NCBI GenBank assembly: GCA_963827235.1
Contig: CAWHAE010000018.1
Location: 160,001 to 224,000 of the forward strand
DNA from: an uncultured bacterium
GTDB lineage: Bacteria; Chloroflexota; UBA5177; JANWHV01
Direction of reading: 5' to 3'
DNA: 64,000 nt
How positions within the stretch are numbered: position 1 is the first letter of the stretch; the number at the start of each line of letters is the position of its first letter. The notes beneath the pieces were generated by a model. The model worked only from the letters and a program-made list of their open reading frames with translations, was not told the DNA's origin and searched no databases. A program made the translations under genes and the position numbers. Shown piece after piece: positions 30,132 to 41,382 of this stretch.

Positions 30132-32353
30132 CCGGCGACCAGAACGACGGCAGTGTGACTGGACCTCTCTTCGACCGCCGGCCGGTATCGGGGCAGGATG
30201 AGCAGCGGATGCAGCACCTGGCGGACGACGCTCTGGCGCAGGCGGCCGCCAGGAGACAGCTGCTCGAGCAGTGGCTGCTGCCGCGCAACTGGCCGTTTCG
30301 CTTCAAGGCGAACGCGGGCATGATCCTGCTCGGTCTCGTGCCGCTCCTGCTGGCTACGGTGCTCATTGCCGGCCACGCCGATAGCGTGATTAATGGTGAC
30401 CAGACGAGGGCGCTTCAGAACCAGACCGCAGCAACGGCGGCGGTAGTCGGCGACGTGATCGGCGGCGACGTGATTGCCATGCAGGCCGTGGCTACCAGCA
30501 GCACGGTCGTGAGGATCGCCGGTGCGGCACAGAGTCAGGCTGCCCGTACCCTGCCCGCGCTGTCGCCGACCCAGGATGAGGCACTGTACGTCGTGGCTCC
30601 CGCCGGCAACGTTATCGCCTCTAGCCGGCCGGCGCTGGTCGGGCATGCCGCGCGCGGCGTCCCGGCGGCGCGGCAAGCCATGGACGGACGGCAGCCCGTG
30701 GCAGTGCTCGGAAAGCCGTTGGCCGGGGACGCGCCGACGCTCTCCGTGGCCGTGCCGATCATGCGCGGATCGACCCTCCTCGGTGCCGCGGTCGGCGAGT
30801 TCAATCCCTCGAGCCTGTTGCTGGCGCTGAACAAGGGCAGCGGCAGCAGCACGGTCGCCGACACCTTGCTTGCCGCCGATGGCCGGGCGGTCGTGGGCGG
30901 CACGCTGCCCCAAGGTGGGCCCGTCACGCTGATGGGCGGCAACGAGCCGGTCTCCGTGAAGGCAGAAGCGGCGTTCGCCGCTCTCAAGTCCGGCCAGCCT
31001 GTCCAGCTTGCCGACGGCTCCTGGGCCGCGGGCGTGATCCCGGGTGACTCCCGAGCGGGTGGCGACGTCGTGCTCGTGGCGCCCAACTACTATTTGCCGG
31101 AAGCTAGCCTGGATAGCCCGTGGCTGAAAGCGGCTCTTGCCGTCCTCGCTCTTCTCCTGGTTGCCGCGACTGTGTGGTTCACTCGCCAGCTCGCACGACC
31201 CTTGGAGAGCGTGGCGCGCGTGCTGGCCATGGTGCGCGCCGGCAACTTCGGGGTGCGCACGGACGTTGATCAGCACGACGAGATCGGGCAGATCGCCTCC
31301 ACGGTCGATCTGCTGATTGGCCGCACGCAGACCATGGTACGGAATCTTGACAACCAGCGCGCCGAGCTCGAGAACGGCGTCATCCAGCTCTTCACCGAGC
31401 TGTCGGAAGCGGCGAGCGGCGATCTGACCGTCAAGCCGACCATGAGCGAGGGCTCGCTCGGCGCCGTAGCCGATTCGGTCAGCATTCTGCTCGAACGCTT
31501 CAAGAGCACGGTCAAGAGTATCCAGGCAACCGCCAACACCGTGAGCGCCCGCACCTCGACCATCGCGCAGACAATTGGTCAGGTGTCGCAGGAAGCGAGC
31601 CGCCAGGCCGAGCAGTTGACCGCCAGCGCTGAAGCAATTGCCGAGATGGCCGAGTCCGCCGAGACCGTCAGCCAGCGGACCCGTTCGGCCAACGACGTCG
31701 CCGGGCAAGCAGTGGAAGCGGTGAACAGCGGAAACAGTGCCGTGACGGTCGCGCGTGACGCGGTCCGGCGGACGTCGGAGACGTCGAAGAAGGCCGCGCG
31801 CGAGGTGAAGAGCCTGGGAGAGAGCGCCCAGCTGATGGGCAATGCCTTGCTCCTCGTCCAGCACAACACCGAAGAGCTGCACATGATCGCCGGCAACGCC
31901 TCGATCGAGGCCGCTCGCTTTGCCGACAGCGGCGGCGTGTTCCGCACGGTGGCCGATTCGATCGAGCAGCTTGCCCAGCAGTCTCAGGAAGCGCTACGCC
32001 AGATCCAGTCCGTGATCGAGAATACGCAGCGCGAAACCTCGCGCGTTGTTGAGGCAATCGAAGACGTCACGCAAGAGGTAGGTAACGTGTCCAAAGCGGT
32101 GAACCTGGCAGGCGAGAATTTCGATACCATCTACCATGTAGTACAGCGCCTCGCGGACCTCAATGTATTCATCGCCGGTGCCAGCAAGCAGCAAGCTGCC
32201 ATGGCCGCCCACGTCGCGGACATGATGGGCGCGTTGAACCAGATCTCGGTACAGACATCGACGCACACGGCAGCGTCCGCTGAAGACGCGGTCCGCCTGC
32301 GCGAGCTGACCGAGGAGCTCAATGATTCGGTGGCAACTCTCAAGGTGAGCTAG
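30128..32353 (+). CDS. Methyl-accepting chemotaxis protein (two TM, extracytoplasmic Cache-like domain, HAMP domains, PilJ-like)
   Basis: HAMP 'DEIGQIA'; 'GDLTVK...LGAVADS'; hairpin tip 'AGNASIEAAR'. Confidence 0.9.
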   Translation: MTGDQNDGSVTGPLFDRRPVSGQDEQRMQHLADDALAQAAARRQLLEQWLLPRNWPFRFKANAGMILLGLVPLLLATVLIAGHADSVINGDQTRALQNQTAATAAVVGDVIGGDVIAMQAVATSSTVVRIAGAAQSQAARTLPALSPTQDEALYVVAPAGNVIASSRPALVGHAARGVPAARQAMDGRQPVAVLGKPLAGDAPTLSVAVPIMRGSTLLGAAVGEFNPSSLLLALNKGSGSSTVADTLLAADGRAVVGGTLPQGGPVTLMGGNEPVSVKAEAAFAALKSGQPVQLADGSWAAGVIPGDSRAGGDVVLVAPNYYLPEASLDSPWLKAALAVLALLLVAATVWFTRQLARPLESVARVLAMVRAGNFGVRTDVDQHDEIGQIASTVDLLIGRTQTMVRNLDNQRAELENGVIQLFTELSEAASGDLTVKPTMSEGSLGAVADSVSILLERFKSTVKSIQATANTVSARTSTIAQTIGQVSQEASRQAEQLTASAEAIAEMAESAETVSQRTRSANDVAGQAVEAVNSGNSAVTVARDAVRRTSETSKKAAREVKSLGESAQLMGNALLLVQHNTEELHMIAGNASIEAARFADSGGVFRTVADSIEQLAQQSQEALRQIQSVIENTQRETSRVVEAIEDVTQEVGNVSKAVNLAGENFDTIYHVVQRLADLNVFIAGASKQQAAMAAHVADMMGALNQISVQTSTHTAASAEDAVRLRELTEELNDSVATLKVS

Positions 32354-32363
32354 AGGTGGCAAT

Positions 32364-32843
32364 ATGCACCCAGATCGGCTGGAGCACCACACCCCCGTCG
32401 AGGAAGCCGTAAGCGGCCGTGCGCAGACTCTCTACCGCTTGGCGGAGAGCGCGGACTACGTAAGCCAGCGCGTTCTTCAGCTCGACGACCAGGTACGGGA
32501 GGCGGAGCAAACCGTTCAGGAAATGCAAGCCCTGGTGCGCCAGCTACGTACGCTCGCCAGCAACACCACCCTTGAAGCTACACGAATGAAGATGAGCGGC
32601 CCGCTGACGGAGATCGCGCGCCAGATGCGGCGCATCTCGCAACGAATGGGCGAATCGAGCGAGCACCTGACACTGACGATGCGCGCCTACACGGTGGCGA
32701 CGGGGGACCTGCGGCAAGCAACCTCCACCCTGGTAGTGGACACGAAGAGCATGCTGCCCGAGATGCCGGAGAGTACGGCGCAGTCGCCGCGCTCGCGCCG
32801 GCCGGCGTACGGGCCTTCCGACGTCGCGGATGAAATCGATTAG
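32364..32843 (+). CDS. Small soluble coiled-coil protein with divergent MCP signalling tip
   Basis: 'QLRTLASNTTLEATRM..GPLTEIARQMRRIS' resembles the MCP tip; GAGG RBS; lies within the operon. Confidence 0.7.
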   Translation: MHPDRLEHHTPVEEAVSGRAQTLYRLAESADYVSQRVLQLDDQVREAEQTVQEMQALVRQLRTLASNTTLEATRMKMSGPLTEIARQMRRISQRMGESSEHLTLTMRAYTVATGDLRQATSTLVVDTKSMLPEMPESTAQSPRSRRPAYGPSDVADEID

Positions 32844-32858
32844 TGTGCGGGAGTATTC

Positions 32859-35800
32859 ATGACCTCCCTCGCCGACGATCTGCTCGACGTCTTCATGGAG
32901 GAGGCTGCCGAGTGCCTTGAGCGCCTGCACGGAGCGCTCGAGGTGCTCGAGCGCGAGCGCTCGCATGATGCCGTCGTCGAGATCCGGCGCGACTTGCACA
33001 CGTTCAAGGGCGGCGCCCGCATGTGCGGCCTTCGCCTTGTGTCGGAGCTTGCGCATGCCGGCGAGAGCCTCGCGGCGATTTCCCTGCCCGACGGAGACGG
33101 ACTCCCACCGGCGGCCATACGACTTCTGTTCGTGGCGGAATACGAGCTGAGAGCGGCACTGCAACGCCCGGCCGAAGGCCCGGGCTCGGATGACAGCCTG
33201 ATCGCCCTCACTGAGCAGCTGCGCACCTGTGACCTGGCCGGCATTGAGGTGGCAGCGCCGGACGACCGGGCGGACTACGGTTCCTCCAACGGGACCGTGG
33301 TCGCCCTCACACAGGACGCCGGGCCGCGCGGCGATCACGCCAATGGCAACCACACGACAGGGCAGGAGCAGGAATCGGCGGACGTTGGCGCCGCGGCCGT
33401 CGAGCCGAGCGACGGCGGGGGCCAACTGTCCGAGCCCGCAGCCTCCGTACCAGGAGGGCTAGCCGCGCAGCTCCTCGAAGTCTTCGTCGAGGAAGCCGGC
33501 GAAATGCTCGACATGCTGCACGCCTGCCTCGAGTCGCTCGAGCAACGCCCGGACGAGGCTGCCATGGCTGAAGCGCGCCGCGCGGTGCACACAATCAAAG
33601 GCGGCGCCCGCATGTGTGGCAAGGGCGCCATTGCCGACCTCGCCCACGCCTGTGAGGACGTGATAGGGCGCCCGGCGCCGGGCAATTCCCAGCCCCCTAC
33701 CGGCACCCTGCCGCTGCTGTTCGAGGCAGAGCAGGGAATGCGCGAGGCGCTTGCCGGGCAGGCCGCCGGCGCGGACGGCCGAGTAAGCAGTGTGATCGAC
33801 AAGCTGCGCGGCGCGGCCGCCGCGAGGACGTCTGCTGTACCCGGTGCCGCCGGGGCGCCTCCGGCGCCTGCTCCCGCCGGCCCAGCGCCATCTCCCGTCG
33901 AAACCCGCGACGAGGTCGAGATACCGCGCGACCTGATCGCCGCCGGTGAGCCGGATTTGCCGGCAGATGCCGGCCTGGAGGAGGCAGAGGACCCTGCCGC
34001 CGGCACGGAGGGAACCGAACCCTCGGAAGAGGGTCCGCGGCCTGTCTCGCTCCACAAGCCGCAGCTGCTGGCGCGCCCGGCGATACCGCCTTCGCACAAC
34101 CAGAGCAATCGGGTTGCCGTCGACCTGGAGAAGGTCGAGGCGCTGGTAGCCAAGGTCACCGAGATCGTGGCCAACCGCACGGCCTCCCACGGCCTGGTCG
34201 AGACGTTGGCCAACACAGTGAACGAGATGGCCCGGGCAGCCCACCGCCTGCAGGCGATAGCGATCGGGCTGCAATTCCAGATCAGCTCGCATGGCTACGA
34301 CACGCTTCCCGAACAGGACGCCGATGGGCTGGACCTGGAGGCCTATGGCCCGATCCGGCAGCTACTGCTCCAGCTGCAGGAGGCGGCAGCGGATCAGCAG
34401 GCTCTCGTGCAGGGCGTGAATGACGTCGTGGCACGCAAGCGCGCCCTGGCCGCAATCGAGACCAGGCTCGACACCGAGCTGCAGAGCGCACTGCTGAACA
34501 TGCGGTTGCTGCCGCTCAGCCAGTTGCGTGTGCGTCTCGACCAGGTCGTGCGCACCTCGGCAGCAGCGGCGCATCGTGAGGTCCGCTGGACGATGGAGGG
34601 CCACGACGTGGCCCTGGACAAGTACGTGTGCGATCGGCTGTTCGAGCCTCTCATGCATTTGCTGCGCAACTGCGTCGATCACGGTATCGAGCCGCCGGGC
34701 GAGCGGGAGGCGGCCGGCAAGCCGCGCGTCGGACGAATTACGGTGCGGGCATCCGTGGAAGGCAACCAGGCCGTGGTCGTCGTGAGCGACGATGGCAAAG
34801 GCATCGATCCCGAGAAGGTCGCGCAGGTCGCCGTCGCCCGCGGCCTGATCGACGCCGAGCGCGCGGCCTCGCTTTCCACGCGGGAGAAGATGGAGCTGGT
34901 GTTCCGGCCGGGATTCAGCACGGCCAAAGAGGTAACGGAGCTCAGCGGGCGCGGCATGGGCATGGAGATCGTGCGCGAGGCGTGCACGCGCATGGGCGGC
35001 ACGGTGTCGATCGGCAGGCGAGAGAGTGGCGGCACAATCGTGGTGCTGCAGGTGCCGCTCAGCATGGCGGTCGTGCACTGCATCGTCGTACGTGATGCCG
35101 GCCGGCACATGGCGATCCCTGCTACCCAGGTGGCTTTCGTGCAGTTGGTGCCGCCGATGGCAATCAGCAAACGCCACCAGGATGGCTACCACGTGCGCGT
35201 AGGCACGTCGATGCTTCGACTCTTCTTCCTTCCGCCGAACCACACAGCGGGCGGCTCGCCGACCCACGAGTTCGAGGAGCGGACGATTCTCGTGGTGCCC
35301 TACCGGGGAGAACGAGTCGCGCTGGCGGTCGACGAGATTGTCGAGGAAGAGGACCAGATCGTCAAGCCCCTGCCGCACCTGCTCCAATCCGTCGACCGCT
35401 TGCTTGGCGCCGTCATCCTGGGGGATGGCACGCCGGTGCCCGTATTGAACTTGGTGCCCCTGCTGGACCTGCTCGACCGGTCGGAGCCGGGGCCGATAGA
35501 CGCCAAGGCCGGGTCGGCCGGGGAGATGGTCGTCCTCGTGGTAGACGACAGCCTTACCATGCGGCTCGCTCTGAGCCGAACGCTCGAGCATGCCGGATTC
35601 ACCGTGGAAACGGCCCGTGACGGGCAGGACGCACTCGAGCATGTGCGGGCACACGGCCTGCCGCACCTGGTTACTCTGGACATCGAGATGCCGCGCATGG
35701 ATGGACTCGAAACCCTGTATGCCATACGGCATCTGCCCGGCGGAGAACGTGTCCCCATCTTCATGCTTTCCTCGCGCTCGGGAAGGAAGCACCTGCGCAC

Positions 35801-35903
35801 CGCGGAGAAGATGGGTGCCACGCGATACTTCACCAAGCCGTACCACGACACGGAGTTCGTTGCCGCCGTACGTGAGGCTACCGGCATGGCAGCCGTACGC
35901 TGA
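32859..35903 (+). CDS. cheA: Hybrid CheA/ChpA-like kinase (2 Hpt + HATPase + CheW + receiver)
   Basis: Hpt 'LHTFKGGAR' and 'VHTIKGGAR'; 'HLLRNCVDHGIE', 'SDDGKG', 'GFSTA..VTELSGRGMGM'; receiver 'VVDDS', 'LDIEMPRMDG', 'TKP'. Confidence 0.95.
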   Translation: MTSLADDLLDVFMEEAAECLERLHGALEVLERERSHDAVVEIRRDLHTFKGGARMCGLRLVSELAHAGESLAAISLPDGDGLPPAAIRLLFVAEYELRAALQRPAEGPGSDDSLIALTEQLRTCDLAGIEVAAPDDRADYGSSNGTVVALTQDAGPRGDHANGNHTTGQEQESADVGAAAVEPSDGGGQLSEPAASVPGGLAAQLLEVFVEEAGEMLDMLHACLESLEQRPDEAAMAEARRAVHTIKGGARMCGKGAIADLAHACEDVIGRPAPGNSQPPTGTLPLLFEAEQGMREALAGQAAGADGRVSSVIDKLRGAAAARTSAVPGAAGAPPAPAPAGPAPSPVETRDEVEIPRDLIAAGEPDLPADAGLEEAEDPAAGTEGTEPSEEGPRPVSLHKPQLLARPAIPPSHNQSNRVAVDLEKVEALVAKVTEIVANRTASHGLVETLANTVNEMARAAHRLQAIAIGLQFQISSHGYDTLPEQDADGLDLEAYGPIRQLLLQLQEAAADQQALVQGVNDVVARKRALAAIETRLDTELQSALLNMRLLPLSQLRVRLDQVVRTSAAAAHREVRWTMEGHDVALDKYVCDRLFEPLMHLLRNCVDHGIEPPGEREAAGKPRVGRITVRASVEGNQAVVVVSDDGKGIDPEKVAQVAVARGLIDAERAASLSTREKMELVFRPGFSTAKEVTELSGRGMGMEIVREACTRMGGTVSIGRRESGGTIVVLQVPLSMAVVHCIVVRDAGRHMAIPATQVAFVQLVPPMAISKRHQDGYHVRVGTSMLRLFFLPPNHTAGGSPTHEFEERTILVVPYRGERVALAVDEIVEEEDQIVKPLPHLLQSVDRLLGAVILGDGTPVPVLNLVPLLDLLDRSEPGPIDAKAGSAGEMVVLVVDDSLTMRLALSRTLEHAGFTVETARDGQDALEHVRAHGLPHLVTLDIEMPRMDGLETLYAIRHLPGGERVPIFMLSSRSGRKHLRTAEKMGATRYFTKPYHDTEFVAAVREATGMAAVR

Positions 35904-36112
35904 TGCGCGGCACGCTGAAGCCCGCGGCAGGCGGCATCCGGGACCAGTCGTGGCCGCGAGCCGGCAACGGCATGGTGACCACTCTCATAACCCCAACCCT
36001 TGGCTATGTCAGGTACCATATCGTTCGATCGGCATAGCTCTATGCGCGCTTACCAGCCGGCCCAAGCAGGGCTGATCGGTCCCACGCTATCCCCTTCCAC
36101 TCGAGGAGCAGC

Positions 36113-39100
36113 ATGAATCCGGATAGTGAACTGAGGGCACAGCCGCTCAACCCAGATCAGCGCCCGCTCAACGACGATCGAGTGTCCGAGGATCGTGGCG
36201 TGGCCGGCGTGCCGCGGCCCGACGGCGAGACCGCCCCCGGTTCGGCGGAGGTCGCGGGTGCCGCGGCAGCGCGGCGCGCACGGTCGGCCGCGCGCCGTTC
36301 CTCGATTGTCGGAAGCCTGATTCTGGCCGCCATACTGGTCGTTGCCCTGTGGCTGCGCGTCTTCGGGCCGACTGGACACTCGTTCGACTGGGGCAATGGG
36401 CAGTTCCAGCACCCTGACGAGTGGTTCGTGGGCGGAACGCTGGTAACCAGTATCCAGTATCCCAAGGGCCCGCTCGACTTCTTCAACAGCAACAGCGGCT
36501 GGAACCCGGCGGTGGCCGCCGCGGCCGGCAGCGCGCCCGTCAACGGGCACCCGGCGCACAGTGATGCTGGTTTCAACTACGGTTCGCTCCCGATCTACCT
36601 GATCAAGATCTTCGGCTCGATCCTGATCTGGCTCGCAGGCCGCTGGTCAGTCTTCGGCGTCTGGCAGAACTCCGATCCGATCTTGTACGGGCGGGTGCTG
36701 TCCGGCTTCGCCGACACCATCACAGTGTTGTTGGTCTACCTTCTGGGCAGGCGGTTGGGTGGCGTGCGCACGGGCATTCTGGCGGCGACGTTCGCCTGCT
36801 TCTCGGTGCTCTCCATCCAGCTGGCGCACTTCTCCACCGTCGACAGCTTCCTGGGCATGTTTGCTACCGGCACGTTGCTCGCCAGCGTGACCCTGGTGCA
36901 GGAGGGGCGCCGGCGCGATTACGTGCTGGCCGCCGTCTGGCTGGGAGCCGCCTTGGCAACCAAGGCGTCCGGCGTGACCCTGGTCGCCACGGTGGCAGTT
37001 GCCATACTCTGGCAGGCGATTCGCGTCAGCCCGATCCTGACCGAGGCCCGAAAGACGTCATCGGCACCGCCGGCTCTCCTCAAGACCATGGTGAGGAAGC
37101 GGCCCCAGGAGACGCTCACCCTGCTGCTGTGGGACTACGTGGTGTGCCGGCTCATGCCGGTCGGAATCATGACCGTCGTCGCTCTGTTCATCTTCCAGCC
37201 GTACACGTTCAGCGACTTTTCGGATTTCAAGTCAGGCGTGCTCTACCAGAACGATCTCGTGAGCGGCAACGTGATCGTCTTCTACACCATCAAGTGGCAT
37301 GGGCTGCCGGCCTTGATCTATCCCTTCGAGCAGCTCACCTTCTACTCGCTCGGCCTGCCCTTGGCGCTCCTCGCCTACACCGGGCTGTTCTACGTCTGTA
37401 TCAAGGCGCTGACCCCCAGGCTGGACGAGGCGGCGCTGGTCGCCTTTTTCGTGATCACCTACTTTGTCGCCGCCGGCGTGCTCTACATGAAGTATCTGCG
37501 CTACATGGAGCCGATCGTCCCCGCTCTCTGCGTGCTGGCTGCGATCCCGGTAGCCGCGCTGATCGGCAGCAGGCGGCGCTGGATCGGGCGCGCCTGTCGC
37601 TGGACCGGGTACGTGTTCGGTGGAATCGTGCTGCTGCTCACCATGTGCTACGCGCTTGCCTATCAGCACATCTATGCTGAGCCGCTCACCTACACGCAAG
37701 CGTCGCAGTGGATCTATGCCCACCTGCCGGCCGGCACGCGGATCTCGGAGAACTCCCTGGACAACAGCCTGCCGCTCGGGCTGAGCACGCAGCTGGATCC
37801 GAGCATCTATCGCTGGGCAGGCACGACCACATTGCTGGCGTCCGACAATGGCGACGACTTCCCTACCTACAACGACGACAACCTGGCCAAGGTGCAAACC
37901 ATGGCCCTCTTGCTCTCGCACTCGCAGTACTACTTCGAAAACGGCCGGCGTGCCATCGAGAGCTTCGAGAACTACGGCAGCAAGTACCCCTACATGCAGC
38001 GCTTCTATACATTGCTGCTCGGCAGCAAGCTGAACGTGCAGGACCCTCTGGGCTACACCATGGTGGCTCGGTTCGTCGAGCACCCCCGGCTCGGTCCGTG
38101 GACCGACACGGAGCAAGGTGTGAACCAGAACTTCGACGAATACGATCATCCGCAGATCGAGATCTTCCAGAACACGGGCAACCTGACGGCCGACCGGCTC
38201 ATCACCGTCCTCACCGATAACGGCCGTATTCTGGATCCGTCGCTTACCGGGCCGGGCTCTATGGTGACGAAGCTGCCCAAGTCGCTCATGCTGTCGGCCA
38301 AGGACATCAAGACGAATCAGAAGAGCCCCACTTACGGCGACATGTTCCCGGCGGGCGCGCTGCCGATGCGCTTCCCGGCACCGGTCTGGTGGCTGATGAT
38401 CGAGGCGCTGGGGCTGCTGGCACTGCCAATCAGCATGCGTCTGTTCGGCAGACTGGGCGATTGCGGCTTCGTTATCTCCAAGACCGTGGGCATACTGCTC
38501 CTGGCCTGGTTTGCCTGGATACTGGCCAGCCTGCGCATCGCCGAGTACAGCCGCCAGGAAATCGCGCTCTGCCTGCTGCCCATAGCGGTCATCTCGCTGG
38601 CCTGGGGACCCCGCCTGTCCGACATCCCGCGTATTCTGCGCCCGCGTTGGCGTGCAATCGCCCTGACCGAGGGTGTGTTCATTCTCGGCTTCCTCGGATT
38701 CCTGTGGATACGCGCCGTCTACCCGGACATGTGGCACAACTTCGACGGCGGCGAGAAGACTATGGACTTCTCGTTCCTCAATGCCATCGTGCGCAGCCGC
38801 GTGATGCCGCCGCTCGACCCCTGGTTCAGCGGCGGTTATCTCAACTACTACTACTACGGGCACTTTACAGTCGCCACGCTGCTCAAGCTGGCCGGTATCA
38901 CGCCGGCCGTCGCGATCAACCTTGCCCTTCCCACCTACTACGCGCTGACGCTCGCCACTTCCGTATCCATTGCCTACGGCCTCATACGCCGGATCCCGTT
39001 CGCCCTGCTCGCCGGCGCCTTCAGCATGTTGCTCGGCAATCTCTACGGCGCTCAGAAGCTGATCATGGATCTGCAGGACGCCAGCACCGTGCAGAACCAG

Positions 39101-41262
39101 ATGCATCCCGTCGTATCGGCCGGCATCGACATACCGATTCTGGGCTCCGTGATCGACGGCCTGTCGTGGCTGTACTCGTTCATTGGAGGCGTGATCTGGG
39201 GAGCGATCGCGGCCGTTCAGGGTCTGTTCAGGGTGGTGTTGCATCAGTCCTCGATGCCCTCGTATCCGTTCCGAAGCTGGGCCTGGGACGGCTCGCGTGC
39301 CCTCGACAACCACTCGATCATCACCGAGTTCCCCTTCTGGACCTTCCTCTACGGCGACCCGCACGCGCACCTCTGGGACATGCCGTTCGCGCTCTGTATC
39401 GTCGCCGTGGCGTTCAACTTCGCGCACGGCGCCGTCGGCAAGCTCGCCGGAGCCGCGGAGCACCGATCCGCCGGGATCGAGGTCGAGCAGTCCCGGCCCT
39501 TGCTACCTGGACTCCAGGTCGTTGTCTGGCCGGTGATCGGCGTGCTGCTGGGCGCCATCGGGCCCACCAATCCCTGGGATCTGGCAGCCATGCTGGGGAT
39601 CGTCGCCATCGTGGTCTTTGCACGTGCCTTCTGGCTCGGCCGCGGTTGGTTGCGCGCTGCCTGGAGCCTTATCTGGCAGGTCGGAGTGCTGGCCATCTTT
39701 GCCTTTGGCTTCTATTGGCCGTTCTACAGCCATTTCCAGTCGTTCTATTCGCACATCGGCTGGACGATACTGCGCCACCAGTCGCCGCTCAACGACTTTC
39801 TCTCGCACTGGGGGCTGCCGCTCTACATCCTGCTCGCCTATCTGCTCCACGGCGTGTACGCGGATACCCACCTGGGCCTGTGGCTGCGCACGCACACGCG
39901 TGGCGCTCTATTTACCATGTACTACTGGGAGCGGCGGGACATTCTTCCACGCTACTTCGCCATGGTGCACAGACCCGAGCCTGCCCCCCGGCCTGGCGCC
40001 CATGCCGGTACCGCCGGCTGGACACGCTCGTGATCGCCGTGTGCGGCCTCGCCGTGGCGCTCGTCGCCGCGGTGCTTCATCTCCTTGCATTCGCGGGCCT
40101 CGCGCTGTTGGTGGTCGTGCTCCTGATCTTTACCGGCCCGCTGCTCACCGTCACGTTCACCGGCGGAGGCGCCGCCCTGGTCTTCTTCTTCATCAGCTAC
40201 GGCGTACTGGCTCTGCTGTCGTTCATGGCTGGACTGGCCGTGCTCCTGCTGATCGACCGGCGGGAGCGGCAGGAGCCGGCACTGATGTTCTTCCACGTGC
40301 TGATCATCATGGGGCTGGTCGTAGCAGCCGCGGGTGAGATTGTCTACGTGCGCGACTTCTACGACGGTGATCCCATCCTGTTCCGCAGCAACACCGTGTT
40401 CAAGCTCTACGAGGACGCCTGGCTTCTGCTCAACACGAGCGCGGCCGTCGCGCTTGCCCGACTGCTCCTGCCGTTCCTGCCACGGGGCGCCTTGACCAAG
40501 GAAGTACGCGGCGTGCAGGTCGTCGAGCTCTTCGGCTCGCTGGCTGTACCGCGCGGCAGACATCGCGATCGCGACGCGCGCCGCCTGGGATCCGGTGCCT
40601 GGCTGTGGCTGGGCGGCCTCGTTCTGCTGGTCGTCGGTGCGGCCATCTACCCGATGCGCATGACTCCGGAGCGGCTCGATCAGCGTTCCACTGCCTGGCC
40701 GGCCCTGGCCTCGGCGCGCATCGGGCTGACCCTCGACGGCATGAAGTTCCTGCAGTATGCCTACCCGGACGACTACGCCGCCATCCAGTGGATCGACAAC
40801 ACCATCCCTGGCTCGCCGGTCATGCTGACCAGCCGCTACGGCAACTACGGGAACTTCTCGGCCAGGGTGGGCATGTTCACAGGGCTGCCCACCGTCGTCG
40901 ACTGGGGCTTCGAAGCCGCTCAGCAACGGTATAACGGCCAGACGGCTGACAACGGCCAGATCTATCCCAATCAGGTCGCGGACCGCGAGTCCAATGTCGA
41001 CCTGATCTACAGCACGACCGACACGGCTACCGCGATGAGCCTGCTGCGCTACTACGGCGTGTCGTACGTCTACGTCGGCGTGCAAGAGCGTGGCGATCCG
41101 TTCCTGGGCCCGGCCAGCGACACGACCCAGTTCCACGGCTACCCGGCGGCCGGGCTCGCCAAGTTCGACCAGATGGTGGCCGATCACCTGCTGTCGTTGG
41201 CCTACCGGCACGGGACGCCGGGCAGCGCGCACGAGGTTAAGATCTACAAGGTTCTGGGTTGA
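36113..41262 (+). CDS. Large membrane protein: PMT-like (GT-C) domain + DUF2298 'YYY' domain; frame broken near 39960-40030
   Basis: 'QHPDE', 'YGSLPIY', 'IQLAHFSTVD', 'GGEKTMDFSFLNA', 'PPLDPWFSGGYLNYYYYG', 'ITEFPFWTFLYGDPHAH'; continues in a second frame with 'RSNTVFKLY', 'TLDG', 'TGLPTV'. Confidence 0.85.
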
Positions 41263-41382
41263 GCGCGGCCCGCGGCTGCAGGCCGTGCGACAAACGCATG
41301 TTTCCTGGATGAGATCGGCTACGACGGTCGCCACGTCCCATCCCTCACCCCGCAGTCGCGGCCAGGTTCGCCGTGAGGACGA

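Noticed and set aside
32990-33625. Direct repeat 'GGCGGCGCCCGCATGTG' in cheA
   Set aside because: Conserved Hpt motif of the two duplicated Hpt domains
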